From positions 2,292,834-2,356,833 of the forward strand of contig OZ242351.1 of the NCBI GenBank assembly GCA_965208675.1: a stretch of 64,000 nucleotides of DNA. The letters are read 5' to 3'. Shown one piece after another: positions 41,284 through 52,101 of this stretch (the stretch's first letter is position 1; the number at the start of each line of letters is the position of its first letter). Under the pieces are notes generated by a model, which was not told where the DNA came from, ran no database searches, and saw only the letters and a list, made by a program, of their open reading frames with translations. Origin of the DNA: Candidatus Poribacteria bacterium. GTDB lineage: Bacteria > Poribacteria > WGA-4E > PCPOR2b. Both the position numbers and the translations under genes were made by a program.

Positions 41284-42783
41284 TTAAAAATTGTTGTTGG
41301 ATCCGTGAATTGCATGAACGAGTTCTGATGCCGTACAGGTCCTCAATAGATTGCCCACAATTTCTTGAGTGCCAAAGTGTGGGCGGTCCATTAAGATTTT
41401 GTCTAATGAAGAACCATCAAGTGAAAAAATCATCGAATTCCAACTCGCGCTATGAATTTCGTGCGGGTATTTTTGCAAACACACACCCCGAAAATAGGCG
41501 CGTGTATCAACAGGTGGATGGGTCACAGCATTAACGATTTCCTCATGATTGAGTATTCGTTCGACGCGGCCGTTTTTGAGTAACCTGACATATAACCCTT
41601 TGTTTGGCCGTATGTCGTGGTATTGCAGATCCATCATTCGGACGCGGGGATCCGACCAACTGACACCGCGACGTTCGATATATGCAGTGATGAGGTTTTT
41701 CTTAATCACCCAATCGAGATGCCGATCTAGCAGCATCGGATTGACTTCGAGCTGATTGAGAACAAACTCCCATTTGTCCATCACATCCTGCATCACTGGC
41801 GTAAAATCCGCCTTAGGAAGATGTTTATGAGCCAGTTCGAGATAAGCCCGCTGCACTTCAATCGGCGTCCATCGACGTCCATCGTCCAAATCGAGGGGAT
41901 TTTTACATGATAAATCTCGCGACACCGTTTTAATTGTAGCAACGGGGTCTGAGAGTTTAAATGCATCCCCACCAACACCCATTTCAATTAATTTCAGCAC
42001 AATCGACGTGATTCCGACTTTCAAATAGATGGTGAACTCTGACATATTGGAATCACCGACGATTACATGCAATCGGCGGTACAATTTTTCATCGGCGTGG
42101 GGTTCGTCGCGGGTGTTGATTATCGGACGAGCCACCATGGTGCTCAATCCCACTTCCGTCTCAAAGAAATCTGCACGCTGCGAGATTTGATAGTCCGTTT
42201 CCTCCGCGCCGTTTTCGGCTCCAACTTTTCCGCTGCCGGTGATGATTTGCCGCGTCACTAGAAACGGGGTTAACCCCGCGACAATGTCCTGAAAAGGAAT
42301 ACTCCGATTCATCAGGTAGTTTTCATGGCTGCCGTAGCTATGACCTTTATAGTCGCTGTTATTCTTATATATGATGATGTCTTGGTTAGCCGGCAGCAAC
42401 TCTTCCGCAGCCATGCGGCTCAAATCTAATATCAGTTCTCCCGCCTTTTCATATTTCACAAGATCTCGGGCATTTGTACATTCTGGCGTACAATATTCCG
42501 GATGGGCATGGTCAATATAATACCGCCCACCGTTAATTAGAATGTCGTTGATGAGACTGTTGTTCTCTTGATCTGGAGGATTGCTTTCGCCCTCGGATAT
42601 AAACCCCCTTGCATCCACCAATGGGTTTTCCTGCTCATAATCCCACGTGATGCCCTTCGGCCCCCGATCCTTATAGATATTTACGATGAGTGTCGAGGCG
42701 GCGACTGGATCCTGATCTCGTGCATTTTTTACCGAAATCCCATACTCGGTTTCGGTTCCCATAATCATCGGTGTTGTTGTCAT
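41284..42783 (-). CDS. dop: Pup deamidase/depupylase
   Basis: Paralogue of PafA (GTETEYG ... GSHENYL ... HVIVGDSNMSEF). Longer at 499 aa and carrying an extra loop. Located directly upstream of pup, as in actinobacterial dop-pup-prcBA. Confidence 0.75.
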   Translation of the reverse strand: MTTTPMIMGTETEYGISVKNARDQDPVAASTLIVNIYKDRGPKGITWDYEQENPLVDARGFISEGESNPPDQENNSLINDILINGGRYYIDHAHPEYCTPECTNARDLVKYEKAGELILDLSRMAAEELLPANQDIIIYKNNSDYKGHSYGSHENYLMNRSIPFQDIVAGLTPFLVTRQIITGSGKVGAENGAEETDYQISQRADFFETEVGLSTMVARPIINTRDEPHADEKLYRRLHVIVGDSNMSEFTIYLKVGITSIVLKLIEMGVGGDAFKLSDPVATIKTVSRDLSCKNPLDLDDGRRWTPIEVQRAYLELAHKHLPKADFTPVMQDVMDKWEFVLNQLEVNPMLLDRHLDWVIKKNLITAYIERRGVSWSDPRVRMMDLQYHDIRPNKGLYVRLLKNGRVERILNHEEIVNAVTHPPVDTRAYFRGVCLQKYPHEIHSASWNSMIFSLDGSSLDKILMDRPHFGTQEIVGNLLRTCTASELVHAIHGSNNNF

Positions 42784-42808
42784 AAGCTAAAAGAATAGAT
42801 TGACATCT

Positions 42809-44623
42809 TTAAAGGTACGCCCCACCCTTTACAACTCTCACATCTTTCCTCTTGCGATCGGGTTCGTTCATCAAAGCTCTGATATTGACAATTCGTTCGC
42901 CTTTCCGTCCGGAAATCTTTGCCCAATCATCGGGATTCGTTGTGTTTGGTAAATCTTCGTTTTCTTTATATTCCTCTCGGATAGCGTGTTGAAGATCCTC
43001 AAGCGTAATGCCCCGCTCTGCTTCTTCAGAATTGATTAAGCGCTTGATTGCTATCTTTTTACTTCGAGCAACGATGTTATCAATCATCGCACCGCTCACA
43101 AAATCTTTGAAGTAAAGCGTTTCGCGCTCTCCGCGTGCATAAGTCACTTCGATGAATCTATTGTCTTCCGTTGTGGCGTACATCTCATCGACCGCTTGAT
43201 TAATCATGTGCTGAATTGCATCTTCCGGCTTTTGCTCAAACTTCTCTAATTCAGAAGGTGCAATGGGTAAATCCGAGGTCAAGTATTTTGAGAAAATATC
43301 CTTTGCGCCGTCTGCCGTGGGCCGGTCGATTTTGATTTTGATGTCCAGCCTACCGGGGCGCAAAACGGCTGGATCAAGAAGATCTTGTCGATTACTAGCC
43401 CCAATTACAATTACATCATGCAACCCTTCAACACCGTCAATCTCAGCGAGAAATGTTGGGACAACCGTTGACTCCATGTCGGATGAGATACCCATTCCTC
43501 TTGATCTGAATAAAGAATCCATCTCATCGAAGAAAATGATGACAGGCACACCTTCCTTCGATTTTTCTTTGGCTTTCGAAAAAACTTCCCGAATCTTCCG
43601 TTCAGTCTCTCCTACATACTTATTTAGCAGCTCTGGACCTTTGACATTTATAAAAAACCCTTTGACATCATCTCGACCTGTCTGTTGGCGCACCCGTTCT
43701 GCCAGATTGTTAGCAACAGCTTTGGCAATCAAGGTTTTTCCGCAGCCGGGCGGGCCATAAAGAAGGATGCCGACCGGTGAGGTTAAACTAAACTCCTTAT
43801 ACTCATCCGGATACAAGTATGGTGTTTCAATTGCATCACGAATGGCTTCAATCTGTAGATTCAAGCCGCCAATATTTGCATACTTGATGTCCGGCACTTC
43901 TTCAAGTAACAAATCCTGTACCTCGGAGTTAGGAAGTTTCTCCATGACCATGCCGGTTGTATGATTGAGCAATACAAGATCGCCCGATCGAATCGGCTCT
44001 GATTTCAGCAGATCGGAAATCTGAACAACCCGCTCTTCATCCGCACGAAGATTAACGATTATTCGGGTTTCATCGAGCCGCTCCTTTACTTTAACTACCT
44101 CACCATGCTGGTCAAAATCTCTAACGGCGACGATGTTCATAACACCATTGACAATAACTTCTTGACCCTTTTGAAGTTGCTCAATGTTGATGTCCGGATC
44201 GACATTGACTTTCCATCTTTTACCAGAAAGGTCAATGTCAACTGTTCCGTCGTCGTTGGACTGGAGAAATGCACCGTAGTTATTGGGGGGAGCGCTTAAT
44301 TGTTCCACTTTTTCTTTAAGGTGCTCCAGTTTCTCTTTGGCTTCCTGAAGTGTGCTTGTCAGTTTCCGATTTCGACGATGCGCCTGCATTAATTCGCGCG
44401 TCATTTCGTAAAGCCGGATTTCAACATCATCAGACGGAACGGCATTTAACCGCCTTCTTAGATTATCGACTTCGCTTTCCAGAGATTCGACAGTGAACTG
44501 CAATTCACGAATGCGTGTTTCATACGAAACCCGTTCCGATGAAGAAGGTGTCAGATCCAATGTTTCCTGAATGTCTTCACGTTTTGCGGAACCTCTTTTT
44601 TTGGTAGCCATAATTTTACCCAA
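42809..44623 (-). CDS. arc: Proteasome-associated AAA+ ATPase (ARC/Mpa)
   Basis: N-terminal coiled coil. Tandem OB-fold region. AAA+ Walker A GILLYGPPGCGKTLIAKAVA and Walker B IIFFDEMD. C-terminal ...GAYL docking tail. Confidence 0.9.
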   Translation of the reverse strand: MGKIMATKKRGSAKREDIQETLDLTPSSSERVSYETRIRELQFTVESLESEVDNLRRRLNAVPSDDVEIRLYEMTRELMQAHRRNRKLTSTLQEAKEKLEHLKEKVEQLSAPPNNYGAFLQSNDDGTVDIDLSGKRWKVNVDPDINIEQLQKGQEVIVNGVMNIVAVRDFDQHGEVVKVKERLDETRIIVNLRADEERVVQISDLLKSEPIRSGDLVLLNHTTGMVMEKLPNSEVQDLLLEEVPDIKYANIGGLNLQIEAIRDAIETPYLYPDEYKEFSLTSPVGILLYGPPGCGKTLIAKAVANNLAERVRQQTGRDDVKGFFINVKGPELLNKYVGETERKIREVFSKAKEKSKEGVPVIIFFDEMDSLFRSRGMGISSDMESTVVPTFLAEIDGVEGLHDVIVIGASNRQDLLDPAVLRPGRLDIKIKIDRPTADGAKDIFSKYLTSDLPIAPSELEKFEQKPEDAIQHMINQAVDEMYATTEDNRFIEVTYARGERETLYFKDFVSGAMIDNIVARSKKIAIKRLINSEEAERGITLEDLQHAIREEYKENEDLPNTTNPDDWAKISGRKGERIVNIRALMNEPDRKRKDVRVVKGGAYL

Positions 44624-44703
44624 CCTAATTTTTTATTTTGCGATTTGACTCATTATCAAAAACCAACTGATAGTACGTAGGAATGCAGCGATCGATTACA
44701 ACT

Positions 44704-45162
44704 CTAGCAGGTAAAATTGATACTCGTTATCTGAAATCGTGAATTTGCCTGTCGAGCTGGAAGGAGGGAAATTAGATTGGTAGGGGGTACATTCCGTCGG
44801 CTGGGTGCACCTGTGCGGTTTTGCCCGCTCAATGCAAATTTGTTTTTCAGGTAAGGATATCTATCGGCAAGACCTCGTAAAAATTCGATTTTCACCGGAT
44901 AGCCGCTCTGGCGGCCGCAACCGTAACCAACATAAGACTGAGCATTGGCAGTATTAGCGCATTGAAGACACTGAACACCTAATTGCTGAAGTTCGGGTGT
45001 TGTCCCATTGCATTCCACATCATTTTGAAAACCCGCTGCTTTTGCATAGAACATTTCAGCTAATTCCAATTTATTTGCTTTTGGGTGCTTTATCAATGCA
45101 CTAGACGAGAAACGCGACTTAAACTTGAAAATCTTGAGTAGCCAGAAACTACCCAATGGCAT
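44704..45162 (-). CDS. Hypothetical Cys-containing small protein in a 900-bp gap
   Basis: The only ORF in the arc-recA intergenic gap. Protein-like composition but no motif, and the start is uncertain. Confidence 0.25.
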   Translation of the reverse strand: MPLGSFWLLKIFKFKSRFSSSALIKHPKANKLELAEMFYAKAAGFQNDVECNGTTPELQQLGVQCLQCANTANAQSYVGYGCGRQSGYPVKIEFLRGLADRYPYLKNKFALSGQNRTGAPSRRNVPPTNLISLLPARQANSRFQITSINFTC

Positions 45163-45534
45163 TCACATTGCGTATGCTCCGTACTACGCGCAACCGCCCA
45201 GTTACGCCAGGTTTAGTATTGACAACGTGTAGCATTTCCCACTGGAAAAGCAACTTAAAATAGCTGTCATTTTGGACGCTAAGGGCGGTTAGATTATAGC
45301 ATTCGCCTATAATCGTGTCAAGGAAAATATCCGGAACTCTCAGGGCTTGCGCCGTTCAGATACAAGCTCAGAAACCTTGCGGCGAGCGATCAATGGCGCC
45401 GATCTCAAGATCGCCCAAACTCGATGTTATTGCTAATGTGCATTCATTGATTTTCGCTAATTATTTGGTGCGTCGCCGCGATTGTGACTAATCCCAGTCA
45501 TTGCAGTTTAGCTTTCCTAAGGCGAATCCAACTC

Positions 45535-46593
45535 CTATTCCTCAACGGATTCTCGGGCATCAACATCATTGCTAACAGAGGCGGTGCCTGGCGGGCTATG
45601 AACTCCTAATTTTTCTCGAATTTTGGTTTCGATTTCAGCAGCAATTTCGGCGTGCTCTTTTAGGTAAAGCTTTGCATTGTTCCTACCTTGCCCTAGCCGA
45701 TCGCCTCCATAGGCAAACCATGCGCCGCTTTTCTCTATGATGCCTTCATCTACACCGACATCAAGAATGCCTCCTTCTTTCGAGATGCCATCTCCAAAAG
45801 TCAAATCAAACTCCGCTTGCCGAAATGGCGGCGCCACCTTGTTTTTGGCAATCTTTACGCGTACGCGGTTCCCAATGGCTTCATTCCCCTCTTTCAAGCT
45901 TTCGACCCGGCGCATTTCCAGCCGCACAGAGGCATGAAATTTTAGCGCTAATCCGCCAGGAGTGGTTTCCGGGTTGCCAAACATGACACCTATCTTCTGA
46001 CGAATCTGGTTGGTAAAGACTACACAAGTTTTTGACCGATTGGTAATACCGCTGAGTTTACGGAGCGCTTTGGACATTAAACGCGGCAATAATCCCACGT
46101 GAGCGTCACCCATGTCCCCCTCAATTTCCGCCTGAGGTGTCAACGCTGCCACCGAATCAACCACAACGATGTCAATTGCCCCGCTGCGAATAAGGGTTTC
46201 CACAATTTCCAACGCTTGTTCGCCGGTGTCCGGCTGAGAAATGAGTAACTCATCCATATCCACACCGATGCGTTTGGAATAATTGGGGTCTAGTGCGTGT
46301 TCAACATCGACAAATGCCGCAACCCCGCGTTGTTTTTGTGCTTCAGCCACAACATGCAGCGCAAGCGTTGTTTTTCCGCTAGATTCGTGGCCGAAAATTT
46401 CAACGATTCGCCCGCGGGGCACTCCACCTACACCGAGCGCAATGTCTAGTGCAAGTGAACCTGTTGGAATAGATTCGACCGGAACAATTTCAGTACTGTT
46501 AAAGCGCATTATCGCGCCTTTACCGTGTTGCCGCTCAATTTGTGTTATTGCAAGATCGATGGTATGGTTCTTTTCATCTCTTGTCATCATCAA
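45535..46593 (-). CDS. recA: Recombinase RecA
   Basis: [13 protein letters not shown] Walker A and the RecA L1/L2 regions. 352 aa with no intein. Confidence 0.97.
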   Translation of the reverse strand: MMMTRDEKNHTIDLAITQIERQHGKGAIMRFNSTEIVPVESIPTGSLALDIALGVGGVPRGRIVEIFGHESSGKTTLALHVVAEAQKQRGVAAFVDVEHALDPNYSKRIGVDMDELLISQPDTGEQALEIVETLIRSGAIDIVVVDSVAALTPQAEIEGDMGDAHVGLLPRLMSKALRKLSGITNRSKTCVVFTNQIRQKIGVMFGNPETTPGGLALKFHASVRLEMRRVESLKEGNEAIGNRVRVKIAKNKVAPPFRQAEFDLTFGDGISKEGGILDVGVDEGIIEKSGAWFAYGGDRLGQGRNNAKLYLKEHAEIAAEIETKIREKLGVHSPPGTASVSNDVDARESVEE

Positions 46594-47177
46594 ACCTCCA
46601 TATTCAATCTACACGATTTTAAGCGGGTGTAGACCGCCCCTGTCAATTGCAGTTGGCTCCGCACAAGTGTAATCTCTTTGACCGTCATTGAGGCGCCGTC
46701 AATTTCCTCATATTGCTGAATCGCATCAGTGAAAGGTCGCAGATCCATCCGCTCTTTGATTCTAGCGATTGTTAAATGGGGGTTGGCTGCTCTTTCATCG
46801 CGCGGAAATCCATATCGATCTAGTTCAAGGTTGATTTCTTTGGCTAACTCACTTATCTCGGCACTCCCATCTTTAACGCCGCACCAAACCACCCTTGGGC
46901 GTTTTAGATTCGGAAATGCACCAATCCCTCCAACCCGCATCGTAAATGCGAAATGACCCATCGCTACCTTCTGGATGGCAGCTTCAATCGTACCGAGCTG
47001 GGTGTGTTCAACCTCTCCCAAAAATTTTAATGTAACGTGAATATTTTTCGGATTAACCCATGACGCATGGCGAACACGTTTTCTGAGTATATCTTGAATT
47101 TGTGCCAACTTGTCTTGAATTGTAGACGGGATTTCGATTGCTACGAAACAACGAATTTGCTGCGATGTGTTTTGCAT
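46590..47177 (-). CDS. thpR: RNA 2',3'-cyclic phosphodiesterase (2H phosphoesterase, LigT/ThpR family)
   Basis: Two H-x-T/S-x motifs (HVTLKF and HLTIAR) about 80 residues apart. 195 aa. Its start overlaps the recA stop by 4 nt. Confidence 0.8.
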   Translation of the reverse strand: MQNTSQQIRCFVAIEIPSTIQDKLAQIQDILRKRVRHASWVNPKNIHVTLKFLGEVEHTQLGTIEAAIQKVAMGHFAFTMRVGGIGAFPNLKRPRVVWCGVKDGSAEISELAKEINLELDRYGFPRDERAANPHLTIARIKERMDLRPFTDAIQQYEEIDGASMTVKEITLVRSQLQLTGAVYTRLKSCRLNMEV

Positions 47178-47250
47178 ACCCCAAATACTGAATAAATAGC
47201 AAACATCAATGTGCAGTTTGACGTTGACACTTACGCTTGATACAATCGAT

Positions 47251-47877
47251 CTAGAGATCGTCGTCGGTGTATATATCCGCTGACCGCATCAAGTCGTACA
47301 TCGCCTTGCGGTTATTATACAGAAATTCTAAACCAGACACCACTGTTAAAATGAGCGGGATGTACATCATAAAATAGATTGGCCCGAAGGGGTGAACGAT
47401 TAGGTCGACGGGAAGCACTGACAACCCTCCAAATTCATAGATAACAAGCAATGCCAAACTTATGGTTAGGACAACCATTTGAGAAGATGTTTTATATTTC
47501 CCCCACTTGGCTGATGCGACGACAGTTCCCTGCGTTGCAATGAATGCTATCCGCAACCCCGTAACAACAAACTCACGCCCTACAATTGTGATAACCATCC
47601 AGCCTGGAATTAGTCCTTCTCCGAACCGGGTAAGACAGATTAACGCCGCACCAACAAGGAGTTTATCCGCGAGTGGATCGATAAATTTTCCAAAACTAGT
47701 GGTACCTTGCTTCCGAGCAATTCGTCCATCGAAGAAATCTGTAAGCGACGATACGGCAAAAATGATTAGCGCCGCAAGCAAACGTTGGTAGCGAAATGAG
47801 AGCATCAAAAGCGGTACCATGACGATGCGTGAAATCGTTAGGTAATTCGCCAAGCGCATGAGGTTGTGAATATTCAT
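47251..47877 (-). CDS. pgsA: CDP-alcohol phosphatidyltransferase, probably CDP-diacylglycerol--glycerol-3-phosphate 3-phosphatidyltransferase
   Basis: DFFDGRIARKQGTTSFGKFIDPLADK matches the D-G-x2-A-R-x8-G-x3-D-x3-D motif. Multi-TM, 208 aa. Confidence 0.7.
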   Translation of the reverse strand: MNIHNLMRLANYLTISRIVMVPLLMLSFRYQRLLAALIIFAVSSLTDFFDGRIARKQGTTSFGKFIDPLADKLLVGAALICLTRFGEGLIPGWMVITIVGREFVVTGLRIAFIATQGTVVASAKWGKYKTSSQMVVLTISLALLVIYEFGGLSVLPVDLIVHPFGPIYFMMYIPLILTVVSGLEFLYNNRKAMYDLMRSADIYTDDDL

Positions 47878-47910
47878 GATTAGACTGTTGTGCTTCGTGA
47901 GAAGTGCGAT

Positions 47911-48600
47911 TCACTCGTCAGATGAAAGATCAATGATTTCGACATCGTCGGGAATAATAAACTTGAAGGCATCGGCCGCGATTTCCGCATCGCGCCGAAC
48001 TTTTTTCAACGAAACTATTACACTAAGGGTACTCCCATCCTCTCTTTCGGATCTGTAACCGAACTGCACCGGCAACCAATCACTCGATTGCACCCAAACT
48101 TCCAAGATTTCGCGCGCATGCTGGATTCCATCAGCCGGTTGAGACAGCAAATGAGGCTTAGGCGTCAATTCAATCTGGTAGACGCCTTTCTTATTCGCGA
48201 TGGAATCCGGAACTAGCCGCATATCATAATTCTCTTGAACATCATCCAATGATGCCCCGATTCCCGGCAATAACTCGTTGCGATTCGAGTTGCTCCACCG
48301 CATCTTATTGACCTGATTCAGCATCGGCGTATAAGACCAGGAATAATCGCCATCAAGGATGATTAACTGCACGGTTTGGCTAGAATCCTCGCGGCTCAAA
48401 TACTCCTTGCGCAACAAGTTAGGCTTGCTAAATGCCAGTTTGCCGCCCGCAATGCTTTTATTGCCATCTTGAAGCGTTGTCTCCTCAAACTCAGCGCTAA
48501 AGTTCTTGGATGTATCATAAGCTGCCTTAAACTTGTGGAAAATCTCATCAACTGAATAAGCAAATCCCGACTGCCCGCCAGCAATCAAAAATAATGTCAA
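47911..48600 (-). CDS. LolA-like outer-membrane lipoprotein carrier / lipoprotein-sorting family protein
   Basis: N-terminal signal-like region. A LolA-like pattern (FSAEFEETT ... GKLAFSKPNLLRKEY). 229 aa. Confidence 0.5.
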   Translation of the reverse strand: MTLFLIAGGQSGFAYSVDEIFHKFKAAYDTSKNFSAEFEETTLQDGNKSIAGGKLAFSKPNLLRKEYLSREDSSQTVQLIILDGDYSWSYTPMLNQVNKMRWSNSNRNELLPGIGASLDDVQENYDMRLVPDSIANKKGVYQIELTPKPHLLSQPADGIQHAREILEVWVQSSDWLPVQFGYRSEREDGSTLSVIVSLKKVRRDAEIAADAFKFIIPDDVEIIDLSSDE

Positions 48601-49235
48601 CAGTTTCCCATACCAGAGCAGTTCATTGACCTTATCCCCCGGATTATAATTCTGGATTTACGATTGCAGTATAGCACCTGCACCTTTAATTGTCAACGCC
48701 GTTTTTGAAGTCTATCACTAGCTTAAATTTAGACATCGAAATGTATTCGCAGTTGGATAAACATAACAAGCTACTCGGTTGGGTTACACTGTTCATAACT
48801 GCAATTGTTCCTCAATTTGACTTGACGCAATCAACGTGCCGATGGATTGAACCAACACGCTCTTTTACACCGGGGAAGTAGTGTTTGTTCCCTATTTCGG
48901 CAAGGATGATGGAATCCTTAAAATCGCAGCCAAGATTTTTCGCATCACAGCACACTACTCATTTTGCCGGTAGTTTGAATTCGGGCGGTAATGAAGTACG
49001 AGGTTTTGGTGTTTGCTGTCCAAGGAATTAATGCCCTGGGAGGGTTGATTTATCTGCTTTGCTGTTCGACATGCTCGTTAAGAACCTAACCTAATGGTAA
49101 CGTCTTGCAGAAATTTAACCGTTTTACTTTTTGAAACCGTTTCACACGAGATGCGTTTGGTATGGATAGAATTCTTCCAAAAAAAATAGAATGTGTACCA
49201 AATCTCTCTAATTCATCACGAGGAAACCAATTCAA

Positions 49236-50252
49236 ATGCCAAAACATTATACCTATCTGGTCTCTTGCGTCAGAGAAACGTCAATCGAATGGGGAATTGA
49301 ACTTCAATCGCTCGGCGATGCAGTGCCGCCGAAAGTCGTTCGCTTAGCGCACCTGACTCGACCGCTAACTGATTCGCCATATTTTCAATCAAAAAGTAAC
49401 CCGATAGCTTATCTTAAGCAGCTAATAAAAGGCATGACGGATATGCTGCGCGATTACCACACACGTGTTTTCAGAAAGATTCAGATCAGGCTGGAAGAGT
49501 TACAGGTCGGAGAACGCTGCTATGTCCAAGTTGCTTACACAGATAATGGTGCGGAAATTAAACCCCACAATTACGAAATCCAGCTACTTGAGAACTCGCC
49601 GCTTGAATCACTAGACGCAAATCCCGAACAGTCAACTGCATCCTCCACTACGCTGAATGGCAACAATCATTCTGGTCATCAGGGAGAAGAGGCCGTCCTG
49701 AATTGGCAAAAATCGGCTAAATCAAGTGCGAACGGTCAAAGTAAATCTTCAGTTGATAATTCAACTGAGGTGGTTAAACAGATTACAAAATTGCATGAGA
49801 GAGTTAGGAAACTTCAATCTGAAATGGACGTGATGAAGGAGAGACTAGACGAAGGGCGGCGCTTGTCGGAAAGAATTCTGAGTGACAGAGATTTTCTTGG
49901 ATCTAGAAGAGCAGAAGTCGCTGGCCAACCCAATGCACCGCGAATTGGGAGCAAACGGGTGTATATGCGTCCAAACGGTGGAAAAGATCCGCAGAAAACG
50001 GATAGCATTATGCTCAATCAGGATGAAAGTACCGCTATCCAATACATTATGGACCAGAAAAGCATAACTGAATCTCAGTTGAGGAAGCAATACCACATTG
50101 GTAATGCTTCTGAAGTTATGGCGAGCTTGATTGACAAGATGGAACAATACAATTCGCCCTGCATTGATGTCCAGACGGATGAGAATGGTAAATTGGTTTA
50201 CCATTGGAATCAGCCGGATGATGGGGCGATGGCTGCGTCAAATCATTCTTGA
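49236..50252 (+). CDS. Hypothetical protein with a central coiled coil and a C-terminal winged-helix resembling the FtsK gamma domain
   Basis: AT-richer region. The C-terminal AIQYIMDQKSITESQLRKQYHIGNASEVMASLIDKMEQ resembles FtsK-gamma/wHTH spacing. No other domain. Confidence 0.4.
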   Translation: MPKHYTYLVSCVRETSIEWGIELQSLGDAVPPKVVRLAHLTRPLTDSPYFQSKSNPIAYLKQLIKGMTDMLRDYHTRVFRKIQIRLEELQVGERCYVQVAYTDNGAEIKPHNYEIQLLENSPLESLDANPEQSTASSTTLNGNNHSGHQGEEAVLNWQKSAKSSANGQSKSSVDNSTEVVKQITKLHERVRKLQSEMDVMKERLDEGRRLSERILSDRDFLGSRRAEVAGQPNAPRIGSKRVYMRPNGGKDPQKTDSIMLNQDESTAIQYIMDQKSITESQLRKQYHIGNASEVMASLIDKMEQYNSPCIDVQTDENGKLVYHWNQPDDGAMAASNHS

Positions 50253-50315
50253 TGAACAGTTAAGTCTAGCGGCGGTTCATTATTCATTTTCAATCCGTTG
50301 TGCGCTCTATCGGAT

Positions 50316-50651
50316 TTAATCATTCAGGGGTGCGTCAATCTCCATGTCAAGCAGAATGGCGCTAAACCCGTTGCCGTGCCCATCAATCATCAGCGAACGT
50401 GACACCCCACCCCCAAGCGCATTACGAACTACGAAGTTTAACGCGCCAATTTTCGGTAGTTCGTAGCGCTCTATTTGCCCGTGCGGTATGCCGCTGAGAT
50501 AATCATCTACAGCTTCCGCCGTTACGTGTTCCTTCACCCACTCGTAGTTTGTTTGGTCGTAGACTATCAGCCCGATATTTACGGTATCCGCCTTGTCGCC
50601 CGATCGCGAGTGGCATATCTGCCTGAGCTTAATCCGATTAGCCATTGTCAT
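50316..50651 (-). CDS. AtuA-associated C-terminal domain protein (DUF4387-like)
   Basis: About 110 aa. Immediately downstream of, and in a different frame from, the DUF1446/AtuA-like gene. The two are fused in many genomes. Confidence 0.55.
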   Translation of the reverse strand: MTMANRIKLRQICHSRSGDKADTVNIGLIVYDQTNYEWVKEHVTAEAVDDYLSGIPHGQIERYELPKIGALNFVVRNALGGGVSRSLMIDGHGNGFSAILLDMEIDAPLND

Positions 50652-50661
50652 TCTCCCTCCT

Positions 50662-52101
50662 TTACTCTACAACGTATTCGTGTACGTTAAATTGTACGGT
50701 TTCACGGGGTAACAGCGTGGTATAAAGCCCGATGACTTCTTCCGGTCCCGCTTGGTAATCGAGCCGCAGTCCCTGGGATACGCCCGCCGGCCCATTTAGA
50801 GCGAGAGACTCAACATCATGCAAAACTTCCCACGCCTGTTCTTGGGTGTCGAAATAGCCGCTCACTCTCAGCTCAACTTCTTTTACCGCAGACAGATCTA
50901 CATCAGACCACGGAAAGAGTGCGTTAACGCCAACAAAATCGAACCTCAAGGCAGATTTATCAATACCGTGAACGCGTACCGCCCGCTTTGCAATTGTATC
51001 GGCAGCTAACTGCGCTCTGGCATACGCCCCGGTTCCACCATAATAAGCCCGGCTAACTGCCACAAAGTTCTCACGTACACCGAGCAGCACTTTTACCGTT
51101 GATGGTCGAGGATGCCCTTTCGTCCCGGTTACGCTGACTCGATCGGTGCCAACTTGCTTAATCTCCGTGCTGGTGAAATCGACCACGCCATCGTTATGAA
51201 TGTAGTTGCTTGGGTCGTGGAGTTCGTAAAGGAGTTGCTCTTTGACGGTCCGCTCGGACACTACCCCGCCTGTATTTGGAACCTTCGTGATAATCGCGTC
51301 TCCGTTTGCGTACACCTCAGCGATAGGCATTCCAATGTTGTCCAAACCGGATACATCCTTCATTCCGGGATCTGCATGATATCCGCCCGAGAGCTGCGCG
51401 CCGCACTCCATCAGGTGCCCAATGCCTAGCCCGCTCGCCAGCAAATCCCAGTCATCCATCTGCCAGCCCAATTCAAATATCAACGGCGCAAGAAATTGAG
51501 TGGAATCACCGGCTCTACTAGTAATCACTATATCCGCGCCCCGCCGCAACCCCTCAACAATCAGCGGTGCGCCTTGGTATGCGATAGCGGCTACAAGCCT
51601 ATCCCCGAAAATAGAAACCGGCTCGCCCGTCTCAGATGTTACCGGATCTATTTCGTTGATAAGTGCGGCGCTGCTATCCGGCTGCGTATAGGCGACTTTG
51701 ATACCTTTAATGTTCAATTCCTCGCAGATTTTGGCTGTTAAATTAACTGCACCTTTTACATCTGCGCTCCCACCATTATGGATGATTTTAACACCATTCT
51801 TGATGCATGCCGGAAGTACAGTTAGCAGGGTTCTACCAAGCGTGACATCGTATCCGACATCGCCCTTTGCCTTTCGCAGTGCGGATTCGGAATAGGCTTT
51901 TTCCGATTGAGCGTCAAAAATCAGATAATCAATCCCGCCATTCTCCGCCAGATTCAATGCGGCGTCTATACGGTCGCCGCCGGCGCCGGATCCGCTTCCC
52001 AGCCGAATTGATGATTTTCGTGTATTAATTGTCTTACCCTCCTCAGCAGCGTGAAATTTGAAGACCGAAACTATTCGACAAGTTATCTCTACTCCCACCA
52101 C
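50662..52101 (-). CDS. Acyclic terpene utilisation AtuA-family protein (DUF1446)
   Basis: 479 aa, with the glycine-rich N-terminal region typical of DUF1446 (GSGSGAGGDRIDAAL). Confidence 0.6.
   Translation of the reverse strand: MVGVEITCRIVSVFKFHAAEEGKTINTRKSSIRLGSGSGAGGDRIDAALNLAENGGIDYLIFDAQSEKAYSESALRKAKGDVGYDVTLGRTLLTVLPACIKNGVKIIHNGGSADVKGAVNLTAKICEELNIKGIKVAYTQPDSSAALINEIDPVTSETGEPVSIFGDRLVAAIAYQGAPLIVEGLRRGADIVITSRAGDSTQFLAPLIFELGWQMDDWDLLASGLGIGHLMECGAQLSGGYHADPGMKDVSGLDNIGMPIAEVYANGDAIITKVPNTGGVVSERTVKEQLLYELHDPSNYIHNDGVVDFTSTEIKQVGTDRVSVTGTKGHPRPSTVKVLLGVRENFVAVSRAYYGGTGAYARAQLAADTIAKRAVRVHGIDKSALRFDFVGVNALFPWSDVDLSAVKEVELRVSGYFDTQEQAWEVLHDVESLALNGPAGVSQGLRLDYQAGPEEVIGLYTTLLPRETVQFNVHEYVVE

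Noticed and set aside
50316-52101. AtuA DUF1446 and DUF4387 as another in-frame-split gene
   Set aside because: The two ORFs are in different frames (13-nt offset). This is a normal two-gene arrangement.
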